Below, piece by piece: positions 33,760 through 48,011 of a stretch of DNA of 56,755 nt. Positions within the stretch are counted from its first letter, which is position 1; the number at the start of each line of letters is the position of its first letter. The translations under genes and the position numbers were made by a program. Where the stretch lies: NCBI GenBank assembly GCA_963575745.1, contig CAUYUJ010000069.1, positions 62,001-118,755 on the forward strand, written 5' to 3'. The stretch is from Prorocentrum cordatum. Lineage: Eukaryota. The notes beneath the pieces were generated by a model, which ran no database searches, had not been told where the DNA came from, and saw only the letters and a program-made list of their open reading frames with translations.

Positions 33760-34930
33760 TGGCGCTGTGTCACGCTTGTCCCACTCTGGGGCGTTAGAAA
33801 TCCACGCAGTTTCACGCTTGTTCCACTGGGGCGTTAGGGGCCCACGTGGTTTCACGCTTGTGCCGCCCTCGGGCGTTGCGAGCCCACGCGTTGTCACGCC
33901 TGTCCCGTTTCTTGGGGTTTTGCGAACCCACGTGTTCTCACGATTGTCCGGCTTTGGAGCGTTAGGAACCCACGTGTTGTCACGCTTGCCCCGCTCTGGG
34001 GCGTTAAGAACCCTTTTGTTTTCACGTTTGTCCCGCCCTATGGCGTCAGGAACCCAGTGTGTTCACGTTTATCCCGCTCCAGGGCGTGAGAAGCACATGT
34101 GATTTCAGAGTTGTACCGCTCTGGGGCGTTAGGCACCCACGTGATGTCACGCTTGCACCGCCCTGGGGCGTTGGGGACCCACGCGTTGTCCCGCGTGTCC
34201 CGCTCCGGGGCGTCAGGGGCCCACGCGCTTTCACGCTCGTGCCGCCCTCGGGCGTCAGGAACCCACGCGCTGTCCCGCGTGTCCCGCTCTGGGGCGTTGG
34301 GACCCAAGCGTTTTCAGGCTTGTCCCACTCGGGGGCGTTCGGGACCATCTTTTTTTTCACGCCTGTCCCGCTCTGCGGCGTTGGGACCCCGTGTGATTTC
34401 ACAGTTGTCCCGCTATTCTGCGTTGGGGGCCCGCGTGCTCGTTTTTTCGCGCGTGCGCCGCCCTCGGGCGCATAAGCCGGGCGCTGGGAACCCACGCATC
34501 GTCACGATGGTCCCGCTCTGGGGCGTTACGAACTTACACCTTAGGCGATGCTTAAGAAAACTTAAGTTTTCGGCCAGATTCTCGATTATTCTTAACGTTT
34601 CAATGTAAATCCTATGATTTTGATAGAATTGTTGGGTTTTTATTCAAATTCTGAGACTATGAATTTCTTAACCCATGATTTCTTAAGCATTTCGCAGGGT
34701 GTACGTGTTCTCACGCCTGTCCCGTTTGGGGGCGTTCGGAACCCATGTGTTGTCACGCTTGTCCCGCTCTGGGGTGTTACGAATCAACGTGGTCTCACGC
34801 CTGTGCGCCTCTTTCGGCCGTCAGGGACCCACCCCGTTGTCGCGCTTGTCCCGCTCTGGGGCGTTAGGGACCCAAGCGTTCTCAAGCGTGTCCCATTTCG
34901 GGGCGTTCGGAACCCAAGTGCTGTCACAAT
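33760..34930. repeat. Diverged tandem array, about 42-bp unit
   Basis: Recurring ctggggcgttaggaacccacgcgttgtcacgcttgtcccg. Confidence 0.85.
34537..34701. mobile_element. TA-TSD MITE, second copy of 5744-5908
   Basis: Same length and TIRs, TA on both sides; interrupts the 42-bp array. Confidence 0.85.
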
Positions 34931-36842
34931 CCCATGACCGCGATCCCGTGTTAATGACGGTTCCAGCGCAGGACCAGATCCATTTGGGCGTCTTAGGGCG
35001 CCCCAGGTTTTCAAGCGTTGGAAATCAAGCGGCTCGCTTGGGACATCTTCAAATATTCGACACCCAGGGCTTGCCATCCTCGAGCGGGCCCAAGACAGCA
35101 GCGCTATTTCGAAACGGGTCGCTTCTGCAAAGCGAGCGCGGGGCTCGAGACAGCCTCGGGGAGCCTGCGCGCAGGGCGCGCCGTCCTCGAGCGGGCACGA
35201 CGCAAGTCAACATTCGATACATTGTTGAAAATCACAGGGTCTCCGAACCCTGTCATTCATCGAAGATGCTGCGCAAGACGCTTCGCACCCTTTCTCCCGA
35301 GCATTTTTTTCTTTGGGTGGAGGGCAAAGGGTGAAATCTGAAATGCCGTTTCGATGGATGGTCCAGGCTTGAATTTGCAGAAGGTGAATCACAAGACGGC
35401 TTGATTCTCGAGGTGCAGCCCCTATGGATTTCACCCTGAGCCCTCCACCCTAAGAAAATGCTCAGTTCTCGCAAAGGAAAGCGGGGGTCTTCGGACCCCG
35501 TGTTTTATCGAAGACACGAGATGGGGGGGGGTCTCGAGCGGGCACGCGCAACATTGGTTGTTTCAAACAGCATCGAGCTGTAGCTAGGTATTCATCGCAG
35601 ATGCTTCCGCTGGCCCACCCCCAGCATGGCACCGGGGGCAGTGGAGCACAACCAAACGAGAACCTGGGGCCCCCGCCCCCTCCGGGAAGACTATCAGAAC
35701 TCCCTGATCTCGCTAGTCGTTACGTTCTGCTGCTGCGTCGTGCCTCGCATGGCGTCGCTGGGGGCCTTGCTGGCTCGTGGGGCATCTCGAGAGGTTGAAG
35801 GGGCCCTGGGACACACGAATGCATACACACAAATACAAGATTCCCCATATTTTCCCGTATTTTCTGGGTTTCTGTATTCCCCCCCCCCCCCGCACTTCCC
35901 ATGTTTTCTCCCATATTTTCTGGGGAATCGAGGATGAATTGCTTATGTTTTTTTTTCTCCCCCTCCCTGATGGTCCGCTACCGAAAATTTCCGGTAGCGC
36001 TCCGCAGAGATCGGTCGCTACCGAAATACCGAAATGCAGCGCCCAATACCGGTATCAGAACGTTCCGAACTCCGCTTTTTCAACGTCCTCAAACGAAGAT
36101 CCGGTCGCTACCGAAATTCGGGGTGCGTCGAAATCGCCACCGAAAATTTCCGGTCCCAGACCATCTGGGCTCGCGGCATCCCGGGGGGGGGCGCACAGAC
36201 GGGGGGCGCGTCGGAGCCCTCGGGCGGCCGTGGGGCGTGGAGGGCTGGTTTTGGGGGGGGGCAGGCTGCAGCGGTCTTGGGCTAGGTCCTCCTCCTCCTC
36301 CTCCTCCTCCTCCTCCTCCTCCTCCTCCTCCTCCTCTCTCCTCCTCTCCTCCTCCTCCTCCTCCTCCTCCTCCTCCTCCTCCTCCTCCTCCTCCTCCTCC
36401 TCCTCCTCCTCCTCCCCTCCTCCTCCTCCTCGGCCTGTCCCCCTACAGTTACCAGTTTGAAGCATATCCCTATCCCTATGTTTGATATCATCTTACGTAC
36501 CTCGATGCCGATCTTGAGAATTCCTCAGTTTCTGAGGGCCTGTCCCTACGATTGTCTTCGTGTGTTGCTCGCCCATCTCAGGGATAGGGATACGTTCGAG
36601 GCTGGTTATAGAGGGGGAGCTTTGGCCGACAAATAACACATATTCAAAAGAAACTCCACACATGCTTTAGAATTGTCAAAACATAGTCCCCAGACTATGC
36701 TTTAATCATTTGTTGGCTATTATGGAGCATGTTTTGGGGCGTCGAGGGCTGGTTTGCGGGCAGGTTGCAGCGGTCTTAAGCATGCTCCCAACATGTTTTA
36801 GAATAGACAAAAAAAATAGTCCCCAGACTATGTTTTGATTAT

Positions 36843-37293
36843 TCCCCAATCAGAGCTTACTTCTGTAGGGGTCCTAGCGGATATAAAGCTGAGGTGAAGT
36901 GAGCGGCCGATTTCGGTGGCCGGGGCCGGGGGCCCGAGGGCCCGGGGGCCCGGGGGTGTCCGGGTGGCCGATTTCGGTGGCCGGGCCAGGGTGCCCGGGT
37001 GCCCGGGTGCCCGGGGGTGCCCAGTAGCCCAATAGCCCAGTAGCCCTATAGCCCAATAGCCGTATAGCCCTGTAGCCCTGTAGTCCTATAGCTTTATATC
37101 CCTATAGCCCTAATAGCCTTATATCCCTAAAGCCCTATAGCCCCATAGCCCATATAGCTCTATAGCCCCATAGCCCTATAGCCCTATGGCCCTATAGGTC
37201 ACAGTCCTATAGCCCGATAGCCGTATAGCCCAATAGCCCTATAGCCCTATAGCCCTAACAAAAATCTGATTGGGGTTTTTCTCCGGTATCATT
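36843..37293 (+). mobile_element. Second Helitron2-like family carrying an 8-bp (TAGCCCTA)n satellite
   Basis: tt|ccccaatcaga at one end and tctgattgggg about 18 bp inside the other; splits a family J copy with no TSD. Confidence 0.65.
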
Positions 37294-37421
37294 ATTTGAC
37301 TATTATGGAGCATGGTTTGGGTATGTGTTGTTTTCCATCGAGAATCCCTTTGTAGGGGGACAGGCCCGACTTAAGTCTTGGGGCGGTCGTCGGCCCTCTT
37401 GGGCGAGAGGGAGAGTTCAAG

Positions 37422-37654
37422 TCTAGGCCTCCCAGATGGGGTCGGAGTAGATGTGGTCGGTGGATCCCGCCGCATCGCCGATGCATCGACGATGCGGCTC
37501 GGTGCGGAGACAGTGTTTCCACCCGCCGACGTCGCCGATGCATGGCCGACGTCGCCGATGCATCGCCGATGCATGGCCGATGCATCGGGATGCATTGGCG
37601 ATGCGGCGCGATCCTTCGACCCCATCTACTCGGACCCCACCCAGGAGGCGTCTA
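37422..37654. mobile_element. MITE with ccgatgcatcg core, 5-bp TSD
   Basis: Inverted ggggtcggagtagatg / catctactcggacccc; TSD tcaag/tcaag. Confidence 0.85.
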
Positions 37655-38001
37655 TCAAGAGAAATCAAAGTTCCGGGCCTATCGGATTCTACGTGTCAAG
37701 CTACATGCTTCGTGGTGTGGTCCTCTACTCGTGGTGTAGTCGTCGGTGTTCTGCTCTCGTGATTCGCTTGCGGGGTGGACAGAACCCCCAGCAGTGGCAC
37801 GTCGATTAGTGAATTGTCCGTTTTCGGTTCTCGAGAGGGCACCGTGGCCGTTATTTTCAAGGCTTGCGCCCGCCAGGTTTGGGCCCGAGGTCGTTTTCAC
37901 TAAACCACGTTTTACTAAAGGGAGGTCTGTCCATCCCCGATTCCTAGGTGGCCACCGGGAGACCCTGCCAGACAGCCGACAGGTCTTTCAAGACGCCCCA
38001 G

Positions 38002-38206
38002 TCGGGGAAACGTAAGACTCGAGAGGGCCAGAGCTCGAGTGTGCCGACGCTGTTTGACGAGCGCGTCCCGGAGGTTGACGGTCCTGATTTCGTGGGATGT
38101 TTGAAGCGAGAGTTCGCGTGAAATGTCAGATTGGGTCTCGTCATTTTTATGATGGCCCGGTCAGGCCAACCCGAGTCCCCCGTACCCGAGTCTTACGTCT
38201 CCCCGA
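38002..38206. mobile_element. MITE family B-related
   Basis: TIR tcggggaaacgtaagactcg / cgagtcttacgtctccccga; TSD cccag/cccaa. A truncated relative starts at 2671. Confidence 0.8.
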
Positions 38207-38720
38207 CCCAACATGCGCACGGCATGGGCACGGTGGCGGAAACTGCTGAGGCACATTCGGAGATGCCGTGCCCATTTATACGTTTAAGAAAACGAAGTGG
38301 CACGAGCAGTGCATGACATCTGCGGACAGCAGAGGCCTTCGCTATGAACCGGTTTCAACTTGGTCATTGCCCATGACGCCGTGGGCGTTGATGATAACTT
38401 TACGCCAGTATCGTAACTGGCAAGTTTTCCTTGAACTTGATCTTAGATCTTAGACTGTGGTGGGCTCTGCATCTTGGCTCCAGGGGGGCAGTCTCTGAGC
38501 CAAGAGACTTGCCGCACGTCACGATTCACAGATCCACAGCCACCGCATACCCCAGGTTGTGTGTGCGCTTTCTTTAACGAGGGGATGGAGGGGGGGGAGC
38601 TCCTGGAAGGCCCAGGACCAGTACTCAGAAGCCGGGCGAAGGCTGGCGACCCCGTGGCTGCTAAAACGGAGCTCCCGGAAATTGTTTTTTTCCTTCCGGG
38701 AAGCAGCCCGTTCATCATTT

Positions 38721-38892
38721 TCAACGGCACCGTAACGGGTACTTACTAACGGGTACTTTGAGTTTTTGCCGAAAGTTGCCACTTTAGGGCCTTTTTCTTG
38801 CATTGCAGCTTTGCCCACATCGGGAAGTGTTGGGCTCGCTGGGTCAGTGGCCAAAGTACCCGTTAGTGGAGTCCCCGTTTGAGGGGCGCTGA
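38721..38892. mobile_element. MITE, 5-bp TSD, nested in another TIR element (about 38644-38970)
   Basis: Inverted actaacgggtacttt / aaagtacccgttagt; TSD cattt/cattt. Confidence 0.85.
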
Positions 38893-39258
38893 CATTTACT
38901 GCGCTGAGCTTGATTCCGGGAATTTGTGTTTTGTTCCGGGAAGACCGTTTTAGCAGCCACGCATCTGCCAGCCCCCGCGCAGCTTCCAAAAGCACAGAGC
39001 CCTCCACTGCGCCGCGCGGCGCCCTGGAGCGTCCCAGGGGCACGCTCGGGACCCGCCCGGAGACTTCCAGATTGTCCCGCCCCGACGGCATCTTCACCTG
39101 GCCCGTGCGCTTGCACTCCAACGTTTTTTGTCTGTCTGCCCTCGGCGCACCGATGCAAATCGGGAGAACATACATGCATATGAGGGTTCGAGCACCGCAG
39201 AGGCCTCCGTGGAAAAGCAAGTGCTGATCCACGGTAGGGAGCTGCAAAAGCAAAAGAC

Positions 39259-42089
39259 AATTATTTTAGCGAAGGAAACAACCATATGCAGCTGCGCGTG
39301 CCGCAACAGTGAGTATCTTTTTTCGGTAGCGATCTTCAGGGGGCCACGAAACGCATGAGTGCTGTGCCGGGGCCTTCGGTGGAGCTCCCTGTGGGGCCAC
39401 GAAACGTGCAATGGGTGTGCCGACATTGGTGTTGTGGGCGCATTGGAACGCAGCCACAGGGGCCTTCGGTGGAGCTCCCTGTGGGGCCACGAAAATTGTG
39501 AGGGCTGTGCCGCATTGGGTGCGGTGGGCGCATGCGAACGCAGCCACTGGGGCCTTCGGTGGGGCTCCTGGTGGGGCCACGCAACGTGTGAGGGGTGTGC
39601 CGACATAGATGCGGTGGGCGCAAGCGAACGCAACCACAAGGGCCTTCGGTGGGGCTCCCTGTGGGGCCACCAAACGTGTGAGGGGTGTGGCGAAATGGGT
39701 GCGGTGGGCGCATGTGAGCGCAGCCGCTGGGGCCGTCGGTGGGTTCCCTGTGGAGACACTAAACGTGTGAGTGGTGTGCCGACATGGGTGCGGTGGGCGC
39801 GTGCGAACGCAGCCATTGGGGCCTTCGGTGGAGCTCCCTGTGGGGCCACGAAAAAATTGTGCGGGCTGTGCCGCACTGGGTGCGGTGGGCGCATGCGAAC
39901 GCAGCCATTGGGGCCTTCGGTGGAGCTCCTTGTGGGGCCACGCAACGTGTGAGGGGTGTGCCGGCATGGGTGCGGTCGGCACATGCGAAAGCAGCAATTG
40001 AAACCTTCGGTGGAGTTCCCTGTGGGGCCACGAAGCGTGTGAGGGGTGTGCCGAGCTGCAGCGTGCGGTGGGCGCGTGCGAACGCAGCCATTGGGACCTT
40101 CGGTGGGGTTCCTGGTGGGGGCACGAAACGCGCGAGGGGTGTGCCGGCATGGGTGCGGTGGGCGCATGCGAAAACAGCCACGTGGGTACTTCGGTGGAAC
40201 TCCATGTGGGGCCACGAACCGTGTGAGGGGTGTGCCGAACTGGGTGCGGTGGGCGCATGCGAACGCAGCCACTTGGGCCTTCGGTGGAATTCCCTGTGGG
40301 GCCACGAAACGTGTGAGGGGTGTGCCGAACTGGGTGCGGTGGGCGCATGCGAACGCAGCCGCTGGGGCCCGCGGTGGAGCTCCCTGTGCGGCCACGAAAC
40401 GTGTAGGGGGTATGCCGAACTGGGTGCGGTGGGCGAGCGCAGCCATTGGGGCCTTCGGTGGAGCTCCCTGTGGGGCCACGAAAATTGTGAGGGCTGTGCC
40501 GAAATTGGTGCGGTGGGCGCATGCGAACACAGCCACTTGGGCCTTCGGTGGAGCTCCCTGTGGGGCCACGAAACATGTGAGGATTGTACCGAAATGGGCG
40601 CGATGGGTGCATGCGAACGCAGCCATTGTGGCCTCCGGTGGAGCTCCCTGTGAGGCCACTAAACGTGTGAGGGGTGTGCCGAACTGGGTGCGGTGGGCGC
40701 ATGCGAACGCAGCCACTGGGGCCTTCGGTGGATTTCCTTGTGGGGCCACGAAACGTGCGATGGGTGTGCCGGACTGGGTGCGGTGGGCGCATTCGAAAGC
40801 AGCCCTTGGGGCCTTCACTGGAGCTCTATGTGGGGCCGCGAAACTTGTGAGGGGTGTGCCGAACTGGGTGCGGTGGGCGCATGCGAACGCAGCCACTGGG
40901 GCCTTCGGTGGGGTTCCTTGTGGGCCACGAAACGTGTGAGGGGTGAGACGACATGGGCGCGGTCGGCGCATGCGAACGCAACCGTTGGGGCCTTCGGTTC
41001 AGTTCCTTATGGGGCCATGAAACAATTGTAAGGAGTGTACCGAAATGGGTGCGGTGGGCGCATGCGAACGCAGCCACTGGGGCCTTCGGTGGAGCTCCCT
41101 GAGGGGCCACGAGCCGTGTGAGGGCTGTGCCGAAATGGGCGCGGTGGGCGCATGCGAACGCAGCCACTGGAGCCTTCGGCGGAGCTTCCTGTGCGGCCAC
41201 GAAACGTGTGAGGGATGTGCCGGAGTGGGCGCGGTGGGTACATGCGAACGCAGCCATTGTGGCCTCCGGTGGGATTCCTTGTGAGGCCACTAAACGTGTG
41301 AGGGGTGTGCCGAAATGGGTGCGGTGGGCGCATGCGAACGCACCCATTGGGTCCTTCGGTGGGACTCCCTGTTGGGCCACGAAACGTGTGAGGGGTGTGC
41401 CGAAATGTGTGCGGTGGGCGGATGCGAACGCAGCCAGTGTGGTTTTCGGTGGAGCTCCTTGTGAGGCCACTAAACGTGTGATGGGTGTGCCGAACTGTGT
41501 GCGGCGGGCGCATGTGATCGCAGCCGCTGGGGCCTTCGGTGGGGCTCCCTTTGGGGCCACGAAACGTGTGAGGGGTGTGCCGGACTGGGTGCGGTGGGCG
41601 CATGCGAACGCAGCCACTGGGGCCCTCAGTGGGGCTCCCTGTGGGGCCACGAAACGTGCGAGGGGTGTGCCGAAACGGGTGCGGTGGGCACATGCGAACG
41701 CAGCCACTGGGGGGGTCGGCGGAACTCCCTATGGGGCCACGAAGCGTATGAGGACTGTACCGAAATTGGTGCGGTGGGCGCATGCGAACGCAGCCACTGG
41801 GGCCTTCGGTGGAGCTCCCTGTGGGGCCACGAGACGTGCGAGGGGTGTGCCGAACTGGGTGCGGTGGGCGCATGCGAACGCAGCCACTGGGGCCTTCGGT
41901 GGAGCTCCCTGTGGGGCCACGAAACGTGTAAGGGGTTTGCCGAAATGCAGAGGGAAGGAAAGGAAAGGACAGGAGAGAGGGCGGCGCTCTTGTGGGAGCA
42001 GGGAGGAGGCGCGGGAGGAGGAGAGGAGAGGAGGAGTGACGCGGGGCCGTCCTTCGAAACGAGGACCCAGCACCACAGGATGGTTGGGA
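39259..42089 (-). mobile_element. Same Helitron2-like family, about 29 diverged 90-bp units (39340-41946)
   Basis: Ends gcgaaggaaacaaccatatgcag and gacccagcaccacaggatggttggg. Confidence 0.75.
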
Positions 42090-45000
42090 GCAGAAAGCAG
42101 CAACAAATCTCTTGCGCTCCAGCGTGCGCGCGGGTGCCCCGTCGCTCTCGCCCGCCGTGCCCCCCAGACGCTAGAAGCCGACGATCCGGGAAGCCGCCGG
42201 GCCCCGCATCGGGCGAGCCCGCGGATGAGGAGGTGGAGGAGGAGGAGGAGCAGGAGAGGGGACGAGGTCGAGGGTGAGGATGACGGAAGACACCCCTCAG
42301 GCCAGAGGAGGAGGAGGAGGAGGAGGAGGAGGAGGAGGAGGAGGAGGAGGAGGAGGAGGAGGAGGAGGAGGAGGAGCAAGAGGAGGGGGGCGATTGCGAC
42401 AGAGAAAGGCTGGCGGACGTCTCCCCCTCGCCTGCACCCTGCCTCCCCCTCCCCTATCCCACCAGATGAGGACACAGGTGAGTCCGCTTCTTGCACCGGG
42501 CCCGCATCCCCGCGATCCGGACAAAGTTGCAGGGTCGGGGGGGTCTGCGGCCCCCGCTCGGTCCATCCAGCCGCGGCGATTTCTCTTCAGCCTGCCTTGC
42601 CGCGCTGTCGCGTCGTTACCGCTAGACCGCTCTACTTGACTGCTGTGAAAAATGGGGAGGAGGGGGAGGACGATCGACGGGAGGGAGGGGGACGGGGTTG
42701 CGAGGGGGATGCGGGGGGGGGGGGGGGGGGCGGGGGCGGGGCGGGGAGGGAGAGTATGAGATGGGAGGAGGAGGACGAGCAAGGGGAGGCGAGTGGGGAC
42801 GATGGGGTGAGGGGGGAGAAGTGGAGACGAAGGGTGGCTTGGGGGAGAGTGAGGGAACGGGGGGAGGCGAGGAGGGGTTCGGAGATGGGAACGGAGGCGG
42901 GGGAGGACGGGGAAGAAGAGGACAAGGAGAGATGGCGAGAAGGAGATGTGAAGGCAAGGAAGCCGACTGGGGAGGACGACGAGGGCGGGCGGACGGGCGA
43001 GGAGGAACATGAGCGAGGAGTGTGGCTTGGTGAACACAATGGAGGGGAGGAGGGTTAAGGGTAGGAAAGCATAGGAAAACTAATCCAAGCGGCACGCGAC
43101 ACGGTGTCGCCAGTGTCCAGCATGGCAACTTGCCGAGATTCACGCCAGCAGGAATCATATAATCGATGCATGTCGCTTATGTTTTTATTCGTCGTGCTTC
43201 CTTTTTTCCTCCTCTACATCCTCCTCTCATGCTCTTCCTCCTCCTGCTGCTCGTCCTCCTCATCGCCCTGCTGCTCCTCCTCACGGCCATCCTCCTCAGC
43301 CGAGCTGTTCTGGCTCGATTGGAGCCGCCTCGAACTTTCGGGGAAACGATTCGGTACCGGGCTCGAGCCCCATAGCCCTTAGCAAGACATGATCGACTCA
43401 CGAACCCAGAAATGGATTTTGAATTGCGAGGCATGGAAACGTTCCAAAGGACCCCAAATGAGCGATGGGCATTGGCAAGGTCCAAGATATAGATGGTGAT
43501 GGTATTGTGACAGGGCTAGATTATGCGGCGCTGCACTGCGCTGTGCTGTGCTGCACAGTGATGTGCCATGGAACGCGCCAACGGACATGCCACGGGACGC
43601 GCCGCGGGACATCCCAGGGGGACGCGCCGCGGAACCTCCCAAGGGACGCGCCAAGGGACGTGCCAGGGGACGTGCCAGGGGGACGCACCGCAGGACGTGC
43701 CAAGAGGACGCGCCACAGAACGTGCCAGTGGACGTGCCAGGGGGACGCGCTGCGCGACGTGCCAGGGGGACGCGCCGCGGGACGAGCCACGGAACGTGCC
43801 AGGCGACGCGCCAGGCGACGTGCCAGGGGGCGCGTCAGAGAACGTGCCATTGGGCGCTGCACGGGACTCGCCAGAGACGCGCCGGGGGACGCGCCGCGGA
43901 CCACCTGGAACCTCCCCGGACCTCCGCGCCCCGCGGTTGGTCGAGATGTCAGGCGCCACGAAGCCTCGTGAATTGCGCTGCGTCTACGCTCCTTGGCGTG
44001 CGATCCATCGCACGTACCGTTGGGCCCGCACTCCCAGCGCCACGATCACTCGGAAATGAGGCTACGTTCGCTCCCCGAAGGCCAAGATCCATTGTAATGT
44101 ACGCAGCGTCCGTGCTCCCAGTGCCACGACCCCTCGCCAATCACGCTGGGGTTGCGCTCCCGGTGCTAGAATGCACTGTGATGTACGCTCGGCCCCGGGT
44201 AAATTACGCAGGTATGCCAAAGGTGCTCTGCAGGTACGTCGGACACAATCGGTGAAGGTGCTCCGAACGTACTCTGAAGGTTCGCGGTTTCTGTATTTGT
44301 TGTTGCTAAGAAGCAGTATTGAAGGCACGCCGAAGGCCCGATGGAGGCACGCGCGTCCAATCCAGCGCAGGCACCATGAGGGCACGCCGCAGGTGGACAG
44401 GAGTGGCGGGGGAGAGGGCAGACCCCCCACTGCCCCCTTCGGTCCCCCCAGGCCCAGCGGACGCAGAACAGCACCTCCTCCTCGCTGCTCCTTTTCCTCT
44501 TCTTCCTCCTCTCGCTCCTGCGGCTTCTCCTTCTCCTCCTCCTCCTCCTCCTCCTCCTCCTCCTCCTCCTCCTTCTCCTTCTCCTCCTCGCCGTCCTACT
44601 CCTCCTCGTCGTCCTCCTCCTCATGCTCCTCCCTCTCCTCCACCTCTTCGTCCACCTCGTTCTCCTCGTCCTCCTCTTCCCCCTTTCTCCGGGCTACTAC
44701 TCGCGACGGACCCGGCAACGAGCGCCCTCCGACGGCGCCGCGCTCCCTGGGCCGCGAGCACGCGCACAAATCGCACTCCGCCCGCGCTCCGAGGGCCGCG
44801 ATCCCTCGTAAAACCAGACGGCGTCCGCGCTGCCAGGGCTATGATGCAGTCGGGCGTGTCCCCCTACAGGGGGGTTTTCGACGAACAACTAAAAATACCC
44901 GCAAAATAGTCCAACAACCGTCCGGAAAGAAAATAAATCAATGATTGCTTGGGAGCATTAAAACAAAAAAGGTCAACACAGATAGCCCCAAAAGGTCAAA

Positions 45001-46841
45001 CAGATACGCAAAAAACAGTCCCCATATCATGTTTTGAATAGTATTTCATATTTTGGGGTTTTGTATGTTTCGTCAAAAATCCCCCTGGAGGGGGACAGGC
45101 CCGACATGAGGCTATCATCGCTCGTAGGTCACACTGCGCCCGCTTCCCCAGGGCAGCGGCCCTTCGCAAGCTGCGCCGCGCCCGGGCTCCGAAGGCCGCG
45201 GCTTTCCCGGCGAGGTGCGCTGAAGGCGCGCTCCCGGTGCCGAAATCCACTGTGATGTGCGCTGCGTCCACGCCCCCAGTGTTAAGGAGGACGAGGAGGA
45301 CGAGGAGGACGAGGAGGACGAGGAGGAGGAGGAGGAGGAGGAGGAGGAGGAGGAGGAGGAGGGGGGGGAGGAGGGCCTGGGGGCGATTGTTTGACTATTT
45401 TGGAGTATTTGCAATGTATGTTTTAATTTTTAAAATGTTTCACCCAGAATCCCCCTGTAGGGGGACACGCCCGACCCTCACCCCAGTGTCACGATCAATT
45501 GAACAGTACGCTAGGTTCGCGCTCCCAGCGCAACGTTCCCTTGTGAACCACGTTGGAGTCGCGCTCCCAAGGCCAGGATCCCTGGCAAATGGCACTGGGG
45601 GCGCGGCCCGGCCCTGGGGCCACGGCCCCTTCGTACACGACGTTGCGTCCGCGCTACCAGGGCCGCGATCGTGCAGGAGTTGCGCGGCGTCCGCGCTCCC
45701 AGGGCCATGACCCCTTGTAGAGTACGCTGGGCTCGCGCCCCCAGGGCCACGATCCTTCGCAGAGTACGCTGCAGTGGAGGCCCATGCCAAGAAACACCCC
45801 GCTTGCCTCCAGGGTGCCCTGGCTTTCTCGGGTTTCGAGGGTGTTGCTACGGAAAGCGCGGCGCTCCCGCACCGAAACTCAATGGACGTCCTGGGGTGGA
45901 GTCTCAGGGTTGGGTTTCTTGTGAAAGGTTTCTTGTGGTCGGGCCCATACTGCATCCACGGCCACGACCCCTTGAAAATTGCGCTGCGCCCGCACGATCC
46001 CCCAGGAATGGCGCTGCTTCCGCTCGTACCCCCGCTGGCCGCGACGCCTTGCAACCTGCGCTGCGTCCGATGCTCCCAGGGTTACAAAGCACGGCGCGGA
46101 GGTTGTCCAAGAAGCACCGTCCGAGCGATGCCAAAGATCAAGGGGGACGTCACCACCCACCAAACCGCCCCAACCCAACCCGAAGGCTCGGACTTACCCT
46201 CGATTTCCAGTGGGGGGGGGGGTCGGGGACCATCGAAAAAACACGCGTGGAACCCTTACCCCCCCCAACCCGAAATTCGGGCCTTCGGGCTGGGTTGGGG
46301 TGGTCTGGTAGGTCGTCAGGACGACATCGACCGACGACTCGGCGAGGCGCCGCCGATGCATCGGCGACGGGCCCCCGCGGGCGAGCCCGCACGCCCCCTC
46401 GCCGGGCTGGGGCCGCCGGGCCCCCGCCGGCGCTCGGCGGGCGACGGAGGGCGGCTGCTCGCCTGCCGGAGGGGCCCTGGGACACACAAATAAATACACA
46501 GATAAAATCAAGAGGGGAGAAAACACACACAGACACAATGAATCGTCGATTCCCAGAAAATCTGGGGAAGTATGGGAAGTGGGGGGGAAGACAAACACCC
46601 AGAAAATGTAGGAAACGATGGGGAATATGTTTATTTGCGTGTATTTATTTGTGTGTCCTGGGGCCCCTTCATAAAAGGATCCCCCATTTTTTCCCTCCAA
46701 ATTTTCTGGGTCTATGTCTTCCCTCCCACTGCCCATATTCTCCCACATTTTCAGGGGAATCGACGATGAATTGTTTCTCCTCCGGAACCTGCCAGAGCAG
46801 AGCCGGATGGAAGCGCGAAATCGAATCGGATCGGAACAAAA

Positions 46842-47043
46842 TTAGGGGAACAAAAAGTGGCACAAACATAACACCTCGGAGGTCCGCGCGGATTTCTCGG
46901 ATCGGCGCTGGACCCCCGTCCCTGGCGCGCGGAGCGCGCCAGGGGCGGCGCCCGAGGCGCCGCCAGGGGGCCCCAGCGCGGATCCGAGAAATCCGCGCGG
47001 ACCTCCGCCTTTTTCATGTTTATGTCACTTTTCGTTCCCCTAG
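46842..47043. mobile_element. MITE family G (aggggaac...gttcccct, GC-rich palindromic core)
   Basis: Long imperfect inverted repeat. Copies at about 24213-24478, 49561-50170, 53150-53300 and 2461-2640. TSD unclear. Confidence 0.75.
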
Positions 47044-48011
47044 TATCGCCGAGTCCAGGTCGATGTCGTCCCCCTTGAGCTTGTCAACCCCTGATCGTTG
47101 CCCCCCAGCCCAGTTTGGGCTCGCGGTCCGTACGCACCGTGTGGCGCTCACGAATGCGATTGCGGCTTCGATGGCGATGCTTCCTTGTTGCCTACTTGCT
47201 GCCTTGTGAGTTCATCGCAGGTGATCGTCACCGCACCCATGTCGTCACTCTGAGGCCTCCAAGCAGACCTTGGCAGTAGGACGGGCATACTGGGCTCGAA
47301 CCCCATGTTGATCCACTCCTGCTGGCCAGCACCCTTGCATTCAGGAAGCAGTCGGGAGGCCAAAGTTATAATGCTAGGGTCCATTTCGATCCGATTCGAA
47401 ATCCATTTCGGCACGCCCGATCCGATTCGATTCCGGTTTTCCGACAATTTCATGCGGGTTGACGTTTGCGTGGCGCCATTGTGCATCTTGGCGCCGCCGA
47501 TTCGATTCGATTCCGATTCCGTGTCGGTGTGGCCCGATCCGTCGCACGCTCTGATCCGCTCCGATTCGATTCGGTGTTGACCGATTTTGCAATGTGTGGT
47601 CGGGAGGTCGCGGCCGAGAGTCTCGCCGCACGGCACCCCGCCGGTTGTTAGGCGGGCCATTCCCAGAGACTCGTTGTCGTGATGTTCCACATGCGCAGTC
47701 CCCGGAAGGCTTGCCCCATTTCCCAGGACCGCTTTTTCATCCTGGGTCGCTTTTTGACGGCCCCGAGGCCCCGCGAGGGCCCCTGTAGGGGCCGAAATTG
47801 GTGGAAAACCTCCGTCTTGATTTTCTCAGTGCGCTGGATGTTCGGGTCCGCCGCCGCGCAGCCTCGCTCTGCGGGCTCAGGTTCTAGCTTCCGGCGTCCA
47901 GGTCCACCCCCCAGGGAGCCCTCGGGCTCCCTGCGGTGCCCCCTTTCGGGCGTCCATGGCGCGCGGCGCGGGCGGCGGTGCCCGGCACGCCGCGGCGACG
48001 AAGATCCAGGC

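Noticed and set aside
39094..43058. Long ORFs of 500-650 aa
   Set aside because: Read-through of the 90-bp satellite (a multiple of 3) and GAG tracts, open on both strands.
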